The notes beneath the pieces are model-generated. The model was not told the origin of the DNA. It worked only from the letters and a program-made list of their open reading frames with translations, and did no database searches. A stretch of DNA of 63,947 nt, filler included, from Octopus bimaculoides (taxonomy: Eukaryota), in the NCBI RefSeq assembly GCF_001194135.2. It is 7 parts of 7 records of this genome, joined end to end, with 100 filler letters (N's around TTAATTAATTAA, not from the genome) between each part and the next. Parts side by side here need not be neighbours in the genome. Positions count along the whole stretch, not along the records: positions 15,752 to 39,406 come from NC_068983.1; positions 39,507 to 47,892 come from NC_068998.1; positions 47,993 to 51,233 come from NC_068999.1; positions 51,334 to 59,666 come from NC_068986.1; 3 more parts are not named here. One strand, given 5' to 3'. Below are positions 38,276 to 52,507 of the stretch, piece after piece. Numbering within the stretch: the stretch's first letter is position 1; every line of letters begins with the position of its first letter. The position numbers and the translations under genes are program-made.

Positions 38276-38845
38276 NNNNNNNNNNNNNNNNNNNNNNNNN
38301 NNNNNNNNNNNNNNNNNNNNNNNNNNNNNNNNNNNNNNNNNNNNNNNNNNNNNNNNNNNNNNNNNNNNNNNNNNNNNNNNNNNNNNNNNNNNNNNNNNNN
38401 NNNNNNNNNNNNNNNNNNNNNNNNNNNNNNNNNNNNNNNNNNNNNNNNNNNNNNNNNNNNNNNNNNNNNNNNNNNNNNNNNNNNNNNNNNNNNNNNNNNN
38501 NNNNNNNNNNNNNNNNNNNNNNNNNNNNNNNNNNNNNNNNNNNNNNNNNNNNNNNNNNNNNNNNNNNNNNNNNNNNNNNNNNNNNNNNNNNNNNNNNNNN
38601 NNNNNNNNNNNNNNNNNNNNNNNNNNNNNNNNNNNNNNNNNNNNNNNNNNNNNNNNNNNNNNNNNNNNNNNNNNNNNNNNNNNNNNNNNNNNNNNNNNNN
38701 NNNNNNNNNNNNNNNNNNNNNNNNNNNNNNNNNNNNNNNNNNNNNNNNNNNNNNNNNNNNNNNNNNNNNNNNNNNNNNNNNNNNNNNNNNNNNNNNNNNN
38801 NNNNNNNNNNNNNNNNNNNNNNNNNNNNNNNNNNNNNNNNNNNNN

Positions 38846-38876
<31 letters not shown>

Positions 38877-39359
38877 TATATATATATGTATATATATGTG
38901 TGTACATATCTATACATATGTCTGTGTAGATATGTATATACACACATATATATTACATATACATATATTTATATATATATAAATGTATCTCTCTCTCTGT
39001 ATATATATATATATGTTGTATGTGTGTATTTATATATATTTATATATATATGTATATATATATGACATAAATGAATAGGGATTTGACCCATCTGTATGGG
39101 TAACACTGTGAGTAAAACTTCATATGAATGTCAACCTTTACATGTATGTGTATTTCAACTGATTTAATATAAATCAACTAAATGCACATAACTGCTACAT
39201 CAAATGACGCTAAGACATTTATGTAGCAGAACACATGTCAGAATGGGTTCTAGTGTAAAAAGTACTTAAATAAATTTTGAAGCTGTAGAATTCTCCATTT
39301 TTCCTTCTGATATCTTGATTTTATACATACACATATATACAGACAACACACACACACAT

Positions 39360-39406
<47 letters not shown>

Positions 39407-39906
39407 NNNNNNNNNNNNNNNNNNNNNNNNNNNNNNNNNNNNNNNNNNNNTTAATTAATTAANNNNNNNNNNNNNNNNNNNNNNNNNNNNNNNNNNNNNN
39501 NNNNNNATATTCTGAAATATTTGTAAAAGTATAAATTCTATATTTTCTATACCAATATACCAATTTATGTGGTATAATCAAATTGTGTGGGAATGCATAT
39601 TTCTCGGAAATAATATTTGATTGTTATACATGCACTAATACATACTTGTGTCCACCCAAGTGACGAAATATAAATACATTTTATACAAAACTTGTTGATA
39701 TGTTTCATAACATAGCAGCTGTCCTAGATGTTATACATTTTCAATATCACGTACAAGAAATCAACATTCACCCCCCCACACACATACACACACATACATA
39801 TTACATTATATTATCGACCACACATTATCGAAGTATGTGTTTTGTAAGCCTTATTTGCTGCCCATACCGCTTGGGGACGTTACTGATACATACATAATAG
39901 ATAGAT

Positions 39907-39941
<35 letters not shown>

Positions 39942-40289
39942 GATAGATATAGATATAGATATACATACATATATATATAGGCAATGTTTAGGTTAGTTAA
40001 AAATGTTTTCAACATATTACAACTGCTAAAAGGCAAATTCACTGCAGTTGCAGTGGAGAAAACATGTATAAAAACACCGTGTTTTTACAAATTTTTACAA
40101 TGTGAGAAAATTTTATCCACGATAACTGCAGTTAATTTGCTTTTTAGCAGTTGAAATATGTAACAAACATGTTTAACTAACCTAAACTTTGCTATGTGTT
40201 TGTATGTGTATGTGTGTGCATATGTAGTATGTATGATTACACGTGTGTGTGTGTAGTTGTAGGTTTGTAAGTATATTTGTATGATGTCT

Positions 40290-40500
40290 ATACGAGTATC
40301 ACGTGATCGTGTGACCGACCAGACTATTAGAGGTTGTTATATTTCGCTTGTCACAATGAGCCTTGCAACGTTTTAACCTTCGAATGATGCCGCCCTACTT
40401 GCAAGTCCGATGGAGAGACTGGAACACGTAAAATGAAGTGTTTTTCTCATGACGACAACGCTTCTCCTAGTGTGGAAATCGAACCAACGATCTAGTTATT
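40290..40500 (-). mobile_element. SINE-like repeat with a tRNA-like B box
   Basis: Reverse complement GTTGGTTCGATTTCCACAC...; tail GGTCGGTCACACGATCACGTGATA. Confidence 0.5.
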
Positions 40501-40815
40501 CATAAATGTTTATAGTGTAGTCGATGGTTTTCAATGTGTAACACGTATCATTACATTCAATATATATTTTTGTTACATTTGTATTTACAACTCACAGAGG
40601 CATACATGTTTTTAATGGCTTACTCGTAGGGGCAATCTAATTGTCGAGCACTCCTGCGTGCGTCGGCCATGAAAAGCATCAAATCATAAAGTCGGAGGCT
40701 TCGTCCATGTGTCTACAATATCGTAAACTCAGTAAAAGGCTTTCGAAGTGCTAATGGTAGCATGAGATAGGGCTGCGCGGTGCATCTCTTCCCTTGAAAA
40801 ACCTTCAAAGCTTAG

Positions 40816-40895
<80 letters not shown>

Positions 40896-42494
40896 TTTAA
40901 ATATACATATACTCCCAAACTCGTGACCTAGTAGCGGCATGCCAAAAGTGGCAAAATACCGACATATTACATGAAGTGGGGCAAACATCTAGAATGCCGT
41001 TTTATAAACTGTACACGCACTAAATTATATATTGCAGCGAGATATGGAGATCCCTAAAGCCTCAATGGCAATCTCTTACAATCTCATACAAGCTCAAATT
41101 CTGTCGAGGTCGACTTTGCCTTTCATCCTTTCAGGGTCGATAAATTAAGTACCAGTTGCGTACTGCGGTCGATGTAATTGACTGGCCCCCTCCCCGAAAA
41201 ATTTCGGGCCCTGTACCTAGAGTAGAAAAGATCATCTTTACTATCTTTAACTGTAATCTAACCTTGTTTGAGCAGACTCACACTTTTATAAATTTCGTAT
41301 ATTGATTTGTCCTTAATCTTAAAATATTTCCGCTGCTCTAATCAGCGAATGCAAATTTGTCTCGATGAATTTTAGTGCGTGTAGTACCTCTTCTATCATG
41401 AACAACAATACCGCAGATGTTGCTTTGACAGTTTGATCACAGTTTGCTGTAGATTCCCACTTAATCATCTGCACATATACACCCTGTAGGACTGCAAGAT
41501 TGTTTTGAGAAATTCGCATCTTTCATATTTCCATCTATTTATACCGGATGAAAACTTGGGATTTATAATATATAATATGTAGTACTTATTTTATGTTGTT
41601 CCTAGTTTTCATATCTCTACCACTGTATCCATTAAGGATGTTAAGAATGCGGTTGTATTTTCGATCTGTTTGATTCGTTTAGTTCCATTAATAAATCATC
41701 ATATGGATTATATTATCATATATCTAAGAATATGTTGCAGAGTCAATGATTCAAATAAACAGGTGAAAAACCTTGGTTTTTAATGTATTATATATATATA
41801 TATGTATGTATATATATATATATATATATATATNNNNNNNNNNNNNNNNNNNNNNNNNNNNNNNNNNNNNNNNNNNNNNNNNNNNNNNNNNNNNNNNNNN
41901 NNNNNNNNNNNNNNNNNNNNNNNNNNNNNNNNNNNNNNNNNNNNNNNNNNNNNNNNNNNNNNNNNNNNNNNNNNNNNNNNNNNNNNNNNNNNNNNNNNNN
42001 NNNNNNNNNNNNNNNNNNNNNNNNNNNNNNNNNNNNNNNNNNNNNNNNNNNNNNNNNNNNNNNNNNNNNNNNNNNNNNNNNNNNNNNNNNNNNNNNNNNN
42101 NNNNNNNNNNNNNNNNNNNNNNNNNNNNNNNNNNNNNNNNNNNNNNNNNNNNNNNNNNNNNNNNNNNNNNNNNNNNNNNNNNNNNNNNNNNNNNNNNNNN
42201 NNNNNNNNNNNNNNNNNNNNNNNNNNNNNNNNNNNNNNNNNNNNNNNNNNNNNNNNNNNNNNNNNNNNNNNNNNNNNNNNNNNNNNNNNNNNNNNNNNNN
42301 NNNNNNNNNNNNNNNNNNNNNNNNNNNNNNNNNNNNNNNNNNNNNNNNNNNNNNNNNNNNNNNNNNNNNNNNNNNNNNNNNNNNNNNNNNNNNNNNNNNN
42401 NNNNNNNNNNNNNNNNNNNNNNNNNNNNNNNNNNNNNNNNNNNNNNNNNNNNNNNNNNNNNNNNNNNNNNNNNNNNNNNNNNNNNNNTATATAT

Positions 42495-42893
42495 ATGAAG
42501 TGTGATCAATAAGTATCCGTACTGTTGCCATTGTAGCGCATCCAAAACACGCAGAGTAAAGCCGCTTGACAAAGATTGACCTAGACCTCTGCTGTGCATG
42601 CGCACAGAGGTTTAACGTTCTAGCCTACTTCCGCTGTTTACAGCCGTGCTAGGTGTGTATCTTTTGGTAAAATCTGATGCAGATTCTCTGTTCAACTTTC
42701 TGTTATTGTCAATGCGACGATCACACGCTACACACCTTTCTTCCAAGCACTGTTGTAAACAGGAGAAGTGAGCTAGAACATTAAAACTTCGTGCGCATGC
42801 ACAACAAAGTTCAAGATCAATCTGTGCCAAGTGGCTTTACTCTGCGTGCTTTACATTCGTTACTATGGCAACAGTCAGGATACTTATTGATCA
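42495..42893. mobile_element. Palindromic mariner MITE, same family as 20600-21360
   Basis: TGATCAATAAGTATCC (42503) and GGATACTTATTGATCA (42878-42893); inverted arms of ~150 nt. Confidence 0.85.
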
Positions 42894-43845
42894 TATATAG
42901 TTTTTGATGGAGCAAACTTACTCAGATTAGATAGACTCAAGGAATTAGACAGGAGAAAGCATGGCGTTACAAGTCCGACTGCTGTTCCTGGAGGTTTGGT
43001 GTTCCTGCATAATGTCGGTACAAATAGTTCATCCAAAAATTTGCAGTCAGTAATGGAAACAAACAAACATTGGTAAAAATGCAGAGCCTCCTTCATCAGG
43101 GTGGATATATAAGAGTGAAATGCGTGCTAGACTCTTATCTATCCACCCTATAAAAATTTTCACCGTACACCTTCACATATTTCTCCATTTAACCAAGCAT
43201 CTGTCATTGGTATAGGTTTAATTTCAATTAAGCCTTTGTGTTCTACGAAGATTCTTCTCCAAGGTTTAATATTAGTGATAGTACAATAAAACTTAAAAAC
43301 TCTCTTTTGCTTGTGATGCTGATTGATTGCTTTGAAACGATTCCATCCTGGTTGACTTGTCGAAGAAATACTTATACAAATATGAATTATGTCTAGCATG
43401 CATCAATTATCCGATGAGTTGGGGAAATCATTATCTTCCAAAATTGTATGATTGTTTTCAACTAATGAAGATATATTCTAGAAAGTGTTGTCGGTTATTA
43501 TCTTGTTGAAATTAATAACAATATTATCTCAATCGGTTCAATTAAATAAGGCGTATACTTGAAGGGGAACATTTTAGCAGCCATTATGTATGTGCGACTA
43601 TATTATCCAATGCACTTTTGGATATTTCGTATTTCTCCTGTCATAATTGAAAGGCTGAGATTAAAGGCTGATTTAGCAGTCATCTCTGCGTGATAGAGCT
43701 ACCACGTACAAGTAATATTTTTATCTAATTTAATTCATTATTGCCATTTTTACCGACCTGGCTGAGATTGTAGGTCAAGTATATAAGAAGTCTATATTTT
43801 GTTATGGAAGGTATTGATCTTCTTAGTCTCTTCTTTACTAAGCTA

Positions 43846-44144
43846 ACTATTACTCTTTTACTCTTTTACCTGTTTCAGTCTTTTGACTGTGGCCATGCTG
43901 GAGCACCGCCTTTAGTCGAGCAAATCGACCCCAGGACTTATTCTTTGGAAGCCTAGTACTTATTCTTTCGGTCTCTTTTGCCGAACCGCTAAGTTACGGG
44001 GACGTAAACACACCAGCATCGGTTGTCAAGCGATGTTCGGGGGACAAACACAGACATACAAACACATACACACATACATATATATATATACATATATACG
44101 ACAGGCTTCTTTCTGTTTCCGTCTACCAAATCCACTCACAAGGC
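43846..44144 (-). mobile_element. SINE family A, young copy running into a gap
   Basis: High identity to 25420-25713 with CpGs retained. Confidence 0.9.
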
Positions 44145-45896
44145 NNNNNNNNNNNNNNNNNNNNNNNNNNNNNNNNNNNNNNNNNNNNNNNNNNNNNNNN
44201 NNNNNNNNNNNNNNNNNNNNNNNNNNNNNNNNNNNNNNNNNNNNNNNNNNNNNNNNNNNNNNNNNNNNNNNNNNNNNNNNNNNNNNNNNNNNNNNNNNNN
44301 NNNNNNNNNNNNNNNNNNNNNNNNNNNNNNNNNNNNNNNNNNNNNNNNNNNNNNNNNNNNNNNNNNNNNNNNNNNNNNNNNNNNNNNNNNNNNNNNNNNN
44401 NNNNNNNNNNNNNNNNNNNNNNNNNNNNNNNNNNNNNNNNNNNNNNNNNNNNNNNNNNNNNNNNNNNNNNNNNNNNNNNNNNNNNNNNNNNNNNNNNNNN
44501 NNNNNNNNNNNNNNNNNNNNNNNNNNNNNNNNNNNNNNNNNNNNNNNNNNNNNNNNNNNNNNNNNNNNNNNNNNNNNNNNNNNNNNNNNNNNNNNNNNNN
44601 NNNNNNNNNNNNNNNNNNNNNNNNNNNNNNNNNNNNNNNNNNNNNNNNNNNNNNNNNNNNNNNNNNNNNNNNNNNNNNNNNNNNNNNNNNNNNNNNNNNN
44701 NNNNNNNNNNNNNNNNNNNNNNNNNNNNNNNNNNNNNNNNNNNNNNNNNNNNNNNNNNNNNNNNNNNNNNNNNNNNNNNNNNNNNNNNNNNNNNNNNNNN
44801 NNNNNNNNNNNNNNNNNNNNNNNNNNNNNNNNNNNNNNNNNNNGGGGGGGGGGTAGGGGCTTGAGTATTGTGTTGAACGACATCTCGGAAATTATCTGGC
44901 TGGAATTGAGGTTGATATTTACTAACTGAAATGTATTGGAATTTATAGGATTACATTTCCCTTGTGATTGAAAAAGATCAACATTGAAATTAAGATACGA
45001 ACAAATGCGTATTCCTATCAACTCAAGATAGTTGGAATTCTTTTTCAATGAAATTATCTGTTGCAAGGTTGAAAGCCTCCTGTAAAATTATGTCTCTAAT
45101 GAATCAAAATAGAAAATTATGGATATTAAAACAAATTGTTTTCGTTTGACCTTATTTTTCCCCCCCTTACAAATACATTAATTATAACCGAAAACTTTGT
45201 GAAGAAAAGACTGGCCAAAAGATTATAATTAAATTTTAAATTGTTTACTATCGGAGAAAATATAAAATTCTCTAAGGTAAAGGAAGGAATAATAATAAGA
45301 AAAAAACATTTATCGATCAGAAAATGTTATATTTTCAACATTCTAAAGCTGGTATAACTGTATTATTATAGTAGTGGAGGAAGAAATAACGGACAACAAC
45401 ATTGTCCGTTAATTTGTTGTTGTGGGCCGATGTTAGATACTAATTTTATTGTTGTCGCTATTATTACTGTTGTTGTTGTCGTTGTTCTTATTCAATGTGC
45501 TGGTAGTCGTCATGGGGCAGTCATCTGATCAAGCACGTTTTAACCTTTACTACGCCATTTTCCCAGAAGAATTGTTGAAATTAAATTTTCTAGTATTCAA
45601 TCTTTTTTTGTTTTCTCTACAAAGGTAGACTATAATCAACGTGGTATTTCCTGCCATTTACAGACTCTCAAGGAACATCAACTCCATTAAATTACTAGCC
45701 AAGTACTCTGATCGATGGCAAGAGCGTTTAAAAATAAACCTTGAAGTATTTGTTCTGGTAAGTTGCATTTTAATTTCAAATCATTCCGGGGTGAACTTTG
45801 AGTTTCGTTTCTTATTCAGCAACGATACAATAAAGTACCTGTTATCTGCAAGGTAGATAGTGTCGAGTACCCTCTTCCTCAAACAATTCCTAAAAA

Positions 45897-45933
<37 letters not shown>

Positions 45934-45980
45934 GCAAAATGGATCTGCTATATTTGTTCCGACTTTACCAAACAAATATA

Positions 45981-46990
45981 TTGGGTCATTCCATAAACAA
46001 TGCGTTTTTTTTTAAAAATTGCTTGAATTAAAAGTTGCAGGTGGACGGGAAAACGACCTGCATCAAATTGCTATAAAAACAGGTAGTAATTTTACTTTGT
46101 ACTTATTCTTAGTGCATATTTTGAAGAGTGCAGTTCGATTTTAATAGTTATTTTTTCAAAGCTTAATGGAGGTGACAAAAGAGCATATTCGGCATATTTT
46201 GCTTTATAAGTCCAATAAAGGCAACAACGCAACGGAAAGTGCGAGGAATATTAATGCAGTATATGGGGATCGGACAAAAAGCGTAAGCCAGTGTCAACAG
46301 TGATTCCAGAAATTCCGACCCGGAAACTACAGCCTAGAAGACGAGCATCGTCCTGAAAGATCTGTAGAGTTCGACGAGGACATCCTGGTGGAACAAAGTT
46401 CCATCGTAACTGTTGAGGAACTAGCAGAGAAGGTTGGATTTGGTCATTCAACTATTATTCATCGACACCTGCGTGCCATGGGAAAAGTCAGCAAATTAGG
46501 TCAATGGGTTCCTCACACACAAATGAACCTTTTTATTGACCGAATAGTGAGTAGTGACGAGAAATGGGTTCTCTATAAGAATACCAAGCGCCGAAGACAG
46601 TGGGTAATGAAATGAGAAACACCGGCACCCCAAGCTAAAGAAGGTTTTCGCCCACGTAAAGTGTTGTTATCTATTTTGTGAGATACGAAAGATTTAGTCC
46701 ACTTTGAACTTTTAAATCCAAACCAAACGATAACAAAGGAGATCTACTGCAAGCGGCATGAGTGGCTTAAGTCAGCACAAGAAATAAAACGACCATCTTT
46801 GGTTTTAAACGAACGGTGTGCTTCTACCAGGATAATGCTCGGCCACACGCAGTGAAGGTGACATTCCAAAGGCTGGGGCAGTTTGAATGGGAAACGATGC
46901 CCCATCCACCATATTCGCCGTATAATGCCCCATCTGGTTATCGTTTATTCGGAGTCTTCAAAATCATTTAGACGGAAAAAAATATGAATA
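45981..46990 (+). mobile_element. Decayed mariner (Tc1/mariner) transposon; transposase pseudogene from ATG 46166
   Basis: MEVTKEHIRHILLY..., WVPH, SDEKW, QDNARPH and HPPYSPYNAPSGY motifs; stops, a frameshift and an internal deletion after WVPH; TA plus a TIR-like start at 45981; right TIR not found. Confidence 0.93.
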
Positions 46991-47818
46991 CTGGGGTCGA
47001 AGCAATCAACTTAACCCTTTCTCCGTACATGCTAGCTTTGTGCCGAATTTTGAAACGAATATATTACATATCATCTAAAACAATAACTAACACAGGCATA
47101 CGTACCTCAAAAGCATGCCTCCAACAGAATCAGAGTGGCTTTACATGAGATAAAACTGAGCATTCGAATGCAGACAACATGAATGTTACTCCGCTTGAGT
47201 ACATTTATTCAGGAGTTTTAGGTCAAACAGCTACTAATGGGTAAAAAATTGAACAAATAAGCCGTAATGTGGGTGCGATTCTGCAAGCCCATAATTAAAA
47301 ATGCGAGCTCCTTAATCATAATATCAAGGCCCGTGCTTTAAAATGATGACTTTACCAATCCCTGGTCGTTGTCAGTTATGTAATATTTGTGATTGCCGAA
47401 AGAAATATATTTCTGTAAACAGTTCGCTTATTTCATATAAGATTCTCTTTCATATGTACTCATTGTATCTCGGCGTTCGGTTTTGTTTAGATGTAAACAT
47501 TTAGTCGCTACTTAATCCTTTGTTAAGCAACAATTGATTTAATTTAATATAAAAAATTTGCTTTGATATATTATATGTTCTGGATAATTCATAGTTCTTT
47601 TAGATTCGATGTTGCTTAAATCAAATATATCATGACATCAAACAATCAGTGCACTAAATATTATCCTAAAGGGAGTGTGAAAAAAAAAAAAGAGTTCGAT
47701 TAACAATGCAAATTTTTCTCCCCACAGGCTCCCTCTATTTACACATACGACAGCGCACGCACGAATACAATTGCTCGTAGGTCCAAACAACACACACATA
47801 CACACAAACATATGCAAG

Positions 47819-47861
<43 letters not shown>

Positions 47862-48177
47862 ATATATATATATATATACACATAGATATGGGNNNNNNNN
47901 NNNNNNNNNNNNNNNNNNNNNNNNNNNNNNNNNNNNTTAATTAATTAANNNNNNNNNNNNNNNNNNNNNNNNNNNNNNNNNNNNNNNNNNNNTATATATA
48001 TTTGTGTGTGTGTGTATGTGTGTATGTATGCATTTATGTGTGTGTATGTGTGCGCGTGTATGTATATACACATATATATTTCATATGTACAAACACCATT
48101 ACGTATATGCGTATATATGTACACTCATACGCTTACATACATATATACATATGCATACAGATATGTCTGTATGTGTT

Positions 48178-48215
<38 letters not shown>

Positions 48216-48941
48216 GTACACACACGCGCACACTCACACACACACACACACACACACATACACACACACAACCACCCACACATAGATTGGCATAATTTCT
48301 TCAGTTCCTGTACTCCATCACCAATTTAGATACGTCTTTGAAATTACGAGAGTCTGTCTTTGTAGATCCACCTGCCTTGTCTTACACTTAATTATACCAT
48401 ATTGATAGGAGAGAAATTAAAATAGACCGCGTGCTTTTTATGAGTTGGATTTACTGAGAAAAAGAAGACGATAAGCCTATATCTCGGGACTAAGGAGTTA
48501 ATAGTGGGTAGTGGCTAAAAATGGAGAGGAAAGACTGGGTAGGAGATAGCTAGAGTGAGCCTAGAGAAAGAACTGTAGGATGAAGTAGATAAAAACGTTC
48601 GTTGAGGGAGGGAAAATGGCTGCTAAGCAGGAGAGACAGAGAGAGAATTTGTGCTTTTGTCGCGTGAAAGTAAGATAATTAGTGAAGATTTGGGGAAAGA
48701 TAGAGGAAATAGTGGAAGGGGTGGAAAAGAGGGAGCGAAAGAGAAAGAGAGGAGATAGAATGACATTGTGAAGGAGGATCGGTTTGTGGATATGTAGATA
48801 AATGGATAGATAAATACATACATATATACATACATACAAACATGCATTCATATATGCATACATATATAGAGGCAAACATGCATACATCTATACACACATG
48901 CATACATATATACGTACATAAACACATAGACACACATACCA

Positions 48942-48973
<32 letters not shown>

Positions 48974-50137
48974 AGTGAGAGAGTGTGGAGTGTCAGAGAG
49001 CGTATGTATCTGAGAACAACGCTGCAGTAAGATGGCGGAAAAAATGACTACGTGGTAGAGAGCAAAATATAAAAGTCTGTAGATAAAGTAAAATATGGCC
49101 GAAAAAGAGAAACCAAGTACGAAGAATTGCACAGACAGTGCATGATGGGAGAAAGTAAGGAGAGAGACAGATGAGGGAAGAAATGAACGAGAAATAGAGA
49201 GAAATGGGGGTAAGAGAAAGTATTGGTGTTTGTATGTGTCTGTACGTGTGCCTTTATGATGTATGTGTATGCGTCTGTATAGTGTCTATATGTGTGTGTT
49301 TATGTTATCTGTTAGTCATTGGACTGTGGTCATGCTGGGGCACCACGTTGCTGGGTTTAGTCCAAGAAATTGCCATCGGTACATAATATCTTAAGCTTGG
49401 TACTTATACTATCAGTTGCTTTTGCCGAACCGGTAAGTTAAGTTAACATCAACAAACCAACAGGTTGCGGGAGAGGGGACAAATACAAGCACAAAGACAC
49501 AGACACATTCACACTCACACACACACACACTCACATGCTCACACACACACAAACACACACACGCGACGGGGTTTCCACCCAATTTCTGCCTACAAAATTA
49601 ACTCACAAGGCATTGATTGGTCCGGGGCTACAGCAGAGGCTACCTGCCTCATGTGCCGCGCACAAGGACTGAACACGAAACGAAATAATAAAAAAATCAA
49701 AAGAAAACAAAACAAAAAAAAATAAAATAAAGGTATTTATTCTGAAGCTTTAACGATTCTGCACGGACCGCACTGCACTGCCAGATGCAGGACCAAATAT
49801 TTGAGACAGAGAGAGAGAGAGAAGATTAAACAGTTATATCGACCCTGGAATGATACATTGCAATGTCGTCCTTAGCAGAACTTGAACTCGAATGGAAGGC
49901 ATATAAAGATCAGAGTAAACTTTGCATGCTTCCATTGCCTTGTCAATCAAGAAAGAAGGTTAATTACATGAGCCAATGTAACATCTGCTCTCGTTTCGTA
50001 TCGCCTGGTTTTTCGAATGCCAATTGTTTCTGACTACAGAAGAGCGGAAGAGACAATTAATTTCCTTTTGGTGAATTTAACCTGAGGAGGAACGGAGCAT
50101 GATTTAATATACATACATACATACACAAATACACACA

Positions 50138-50213
<76 letters not shown>

Positions 50214-51342
50214 NNNNNNNNNNNNNNNNNNNNNNNNNNNNNNNNNNNNNNNNNNNNNNNNNNNNNNNNNNNNNNNNNNNNNNNNNNNNNNNNNNNNNNN
50301 NNNNNNNNNNNNNNNNNNNNNNNNNNNNNNNNNNNNNNNNNNNNNNNNNNNNNNNNNNNNNNNNNNNNNNNNNNNNNNNNNNNNNNNNNNNNNNNNNNNN
50401 NNNNNNNNNNNNNNNNNNNNNNNNNNNNNNNNNNNNNNNNNNNNNNNNNNNNNNNNNNNNNNNNNNNNNNNNNNNNNNNNNNNNNNNNNNNNNNNNNNNN
50501 NNNNNNNNNNNNNNNNNNNNNNNNNNNNNNNNNNNNNNNNNNNNNNNNNNNNNNNNNNNNNNNNNNNNNNNNNNNNNNNNNNNNNNNNNNNNNNNNNNNN
50601 NNNNNNNNNNNNNNNNNNNNNNNNNNNNNNNNNNNNNNNNNNNNNNNNNNNNNNNNNNNNNNNNNNNNNNNNNNNNNNNNNNNNNNNNNNNNNNNNNNNN
50701 NNNNNNNNNNNNNNNNNNNNNNNNNNNNNNNNNNNNNNNNNNNNNNNNNNNNNNNNNNNNNATATATATATATATATATATACAAATACGTATTCAAAAA
50801 CACACATACACACACATTAGAGGTTGATACGTATGTTTCTGAAATACTTGCATGAACGGTCTGTTCGTGTCTTCGAGGTTAGAAGCTTCTGTAGGTAGTG
50901 CAATGGTGCGTGTGCACCCAGTTTGTTCATGTGCAGTATTATGTTATATGAAATGCAGATGTTAACTCGACTGTAAGTTTCATTCCACAACTTAGTTAAT
51001 GCCTGCATATGCCTCTACATAGGTAGGTAATGTGCGTGTGTGTGTGTATGTGTGTAGATGTAGATGTACATATAAATGTGCATATGTGGCTATATATGTG
51101 TGTGTGTGTGTGTGCGAACAACCGGAATGCATTGGCTAAAAAAGATTTCTAATTTCGGCTCAAGTATTTACTCCGGAGATCCATCAAGCAACTTCCGGTA
51201 AATCTTTGCGTATATATGTGTGTGTGTGTGTGTNNNNNNNNNNNNNNNNNNNNNNNNNNNNNNNNNNNNNNNNNNNNTTAATTAATTAANNNNNNNNNNN
51301 NNNNNNNNNNNNNNNNNNNNNNNNNNNNNNNNNATTATTATA

Positions 51343-51396
<54 letters not shown>

Positions 51397-52059
51397 TTCA
51401 CGGCCTGGAATCGGGTTAGTAGTCCGCGCTTTTAACCACTACGCCTTGTACCAAAGTTAGAAAGAATTATTACATCACTAACGAATGTAATTATTTCTTT
51501 TCCTGAAGGATGCGGGATTGACGGAAGTGTTAGACCGCTGGAAAAACGTTTCTTACGGTATTTGTTCCGAGTCTATTTTAAGGTTTTAATTTCAAATCTC
51601 GCCATAGTCAGCTTTGTTTTTCATCCTGGACACAGTTGATTGAATAAAGGGCCAGTTAAGTACTTGAGTTGACAGTATCAAATAATAACACTCCCCTCAA
51701 ATTTATGGAATCGGTGCTATTTTGGCAGAAGACATGCATAATGCTTATAGAAGACGTTCGTTAAGAAGGATTTAAATGCAATGTCAAACGTAGCATTTTG
51801 CAAATTCTTCGTATACAATACGAAGAGTGTTTAGAGGCGTAAAGATAGCTTAGGGTGCGTTAGTTTTGATATAGGCTGGATAAGGGGGAACCTGCTCAGT
51901 GGACTCTGTGATGGTGCCGTCTAACGACAAGCTTACGTACGTGTTGTGAGACGGATGAAGTCCAAAGACATGCGATTTAACTGGCCGATTCTCGTTACAA
52001 GAGAGCCGGGTGGCAACGGTAACGGCGTTGATTTCGACACGTATTTCAGTTGCATAAGA

Positions 52060-52120
52060 AAGGAAGGAAGAAAGAAAGAAAACGATAAAGAAAGAAAGAA
52101 AGGAAGGAAGAAAGAAAGCT

Positions 52121-52179
<59 letters not shown>

Positions 52180-52221
52180 AAAGAAAGAAAGAAAGAAGAA
52201 AGGAAGGAAGGAAGAAAGGAA

Positions 52222-52252
<31 letters not shown>

Positions 52253-52507
52253 TGAAAGGGAGGAAGGAAGGAAGGAAGGAAGGAAAGGGAGGAAGAAAGG
52301 AATAAAGAAAGAAAACGAGAGAGAAAGAAAGAAAAATGAATAGAGAAAAAGATAGAGACAAAAGAAAGAACGAAAGAAACAAAGTAAAGAAGATGAGAAA
52401 GAAAGAAAGAAGATGAGAAAGAAAGAAAGAAGATGAGAAAGAGAAAGATGAGAAAGAAAGAAAGAAAGAAAGAATGAAAGAAAGAAAGAAAGAAAGAAAG
52501 AAAGAAA
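52060..52507. repeat. (AAAG)n/(AAGG)n polypurine microsatellite
   Basis: Seen directly. Confidence 0.97.

Noticed and set aside
45664-45852. + strand exon pair LSRNINSIKLLAKY.../QRYNKVPVICK
   Set aside because: 62-nt intron, no start or further exons, no homology.
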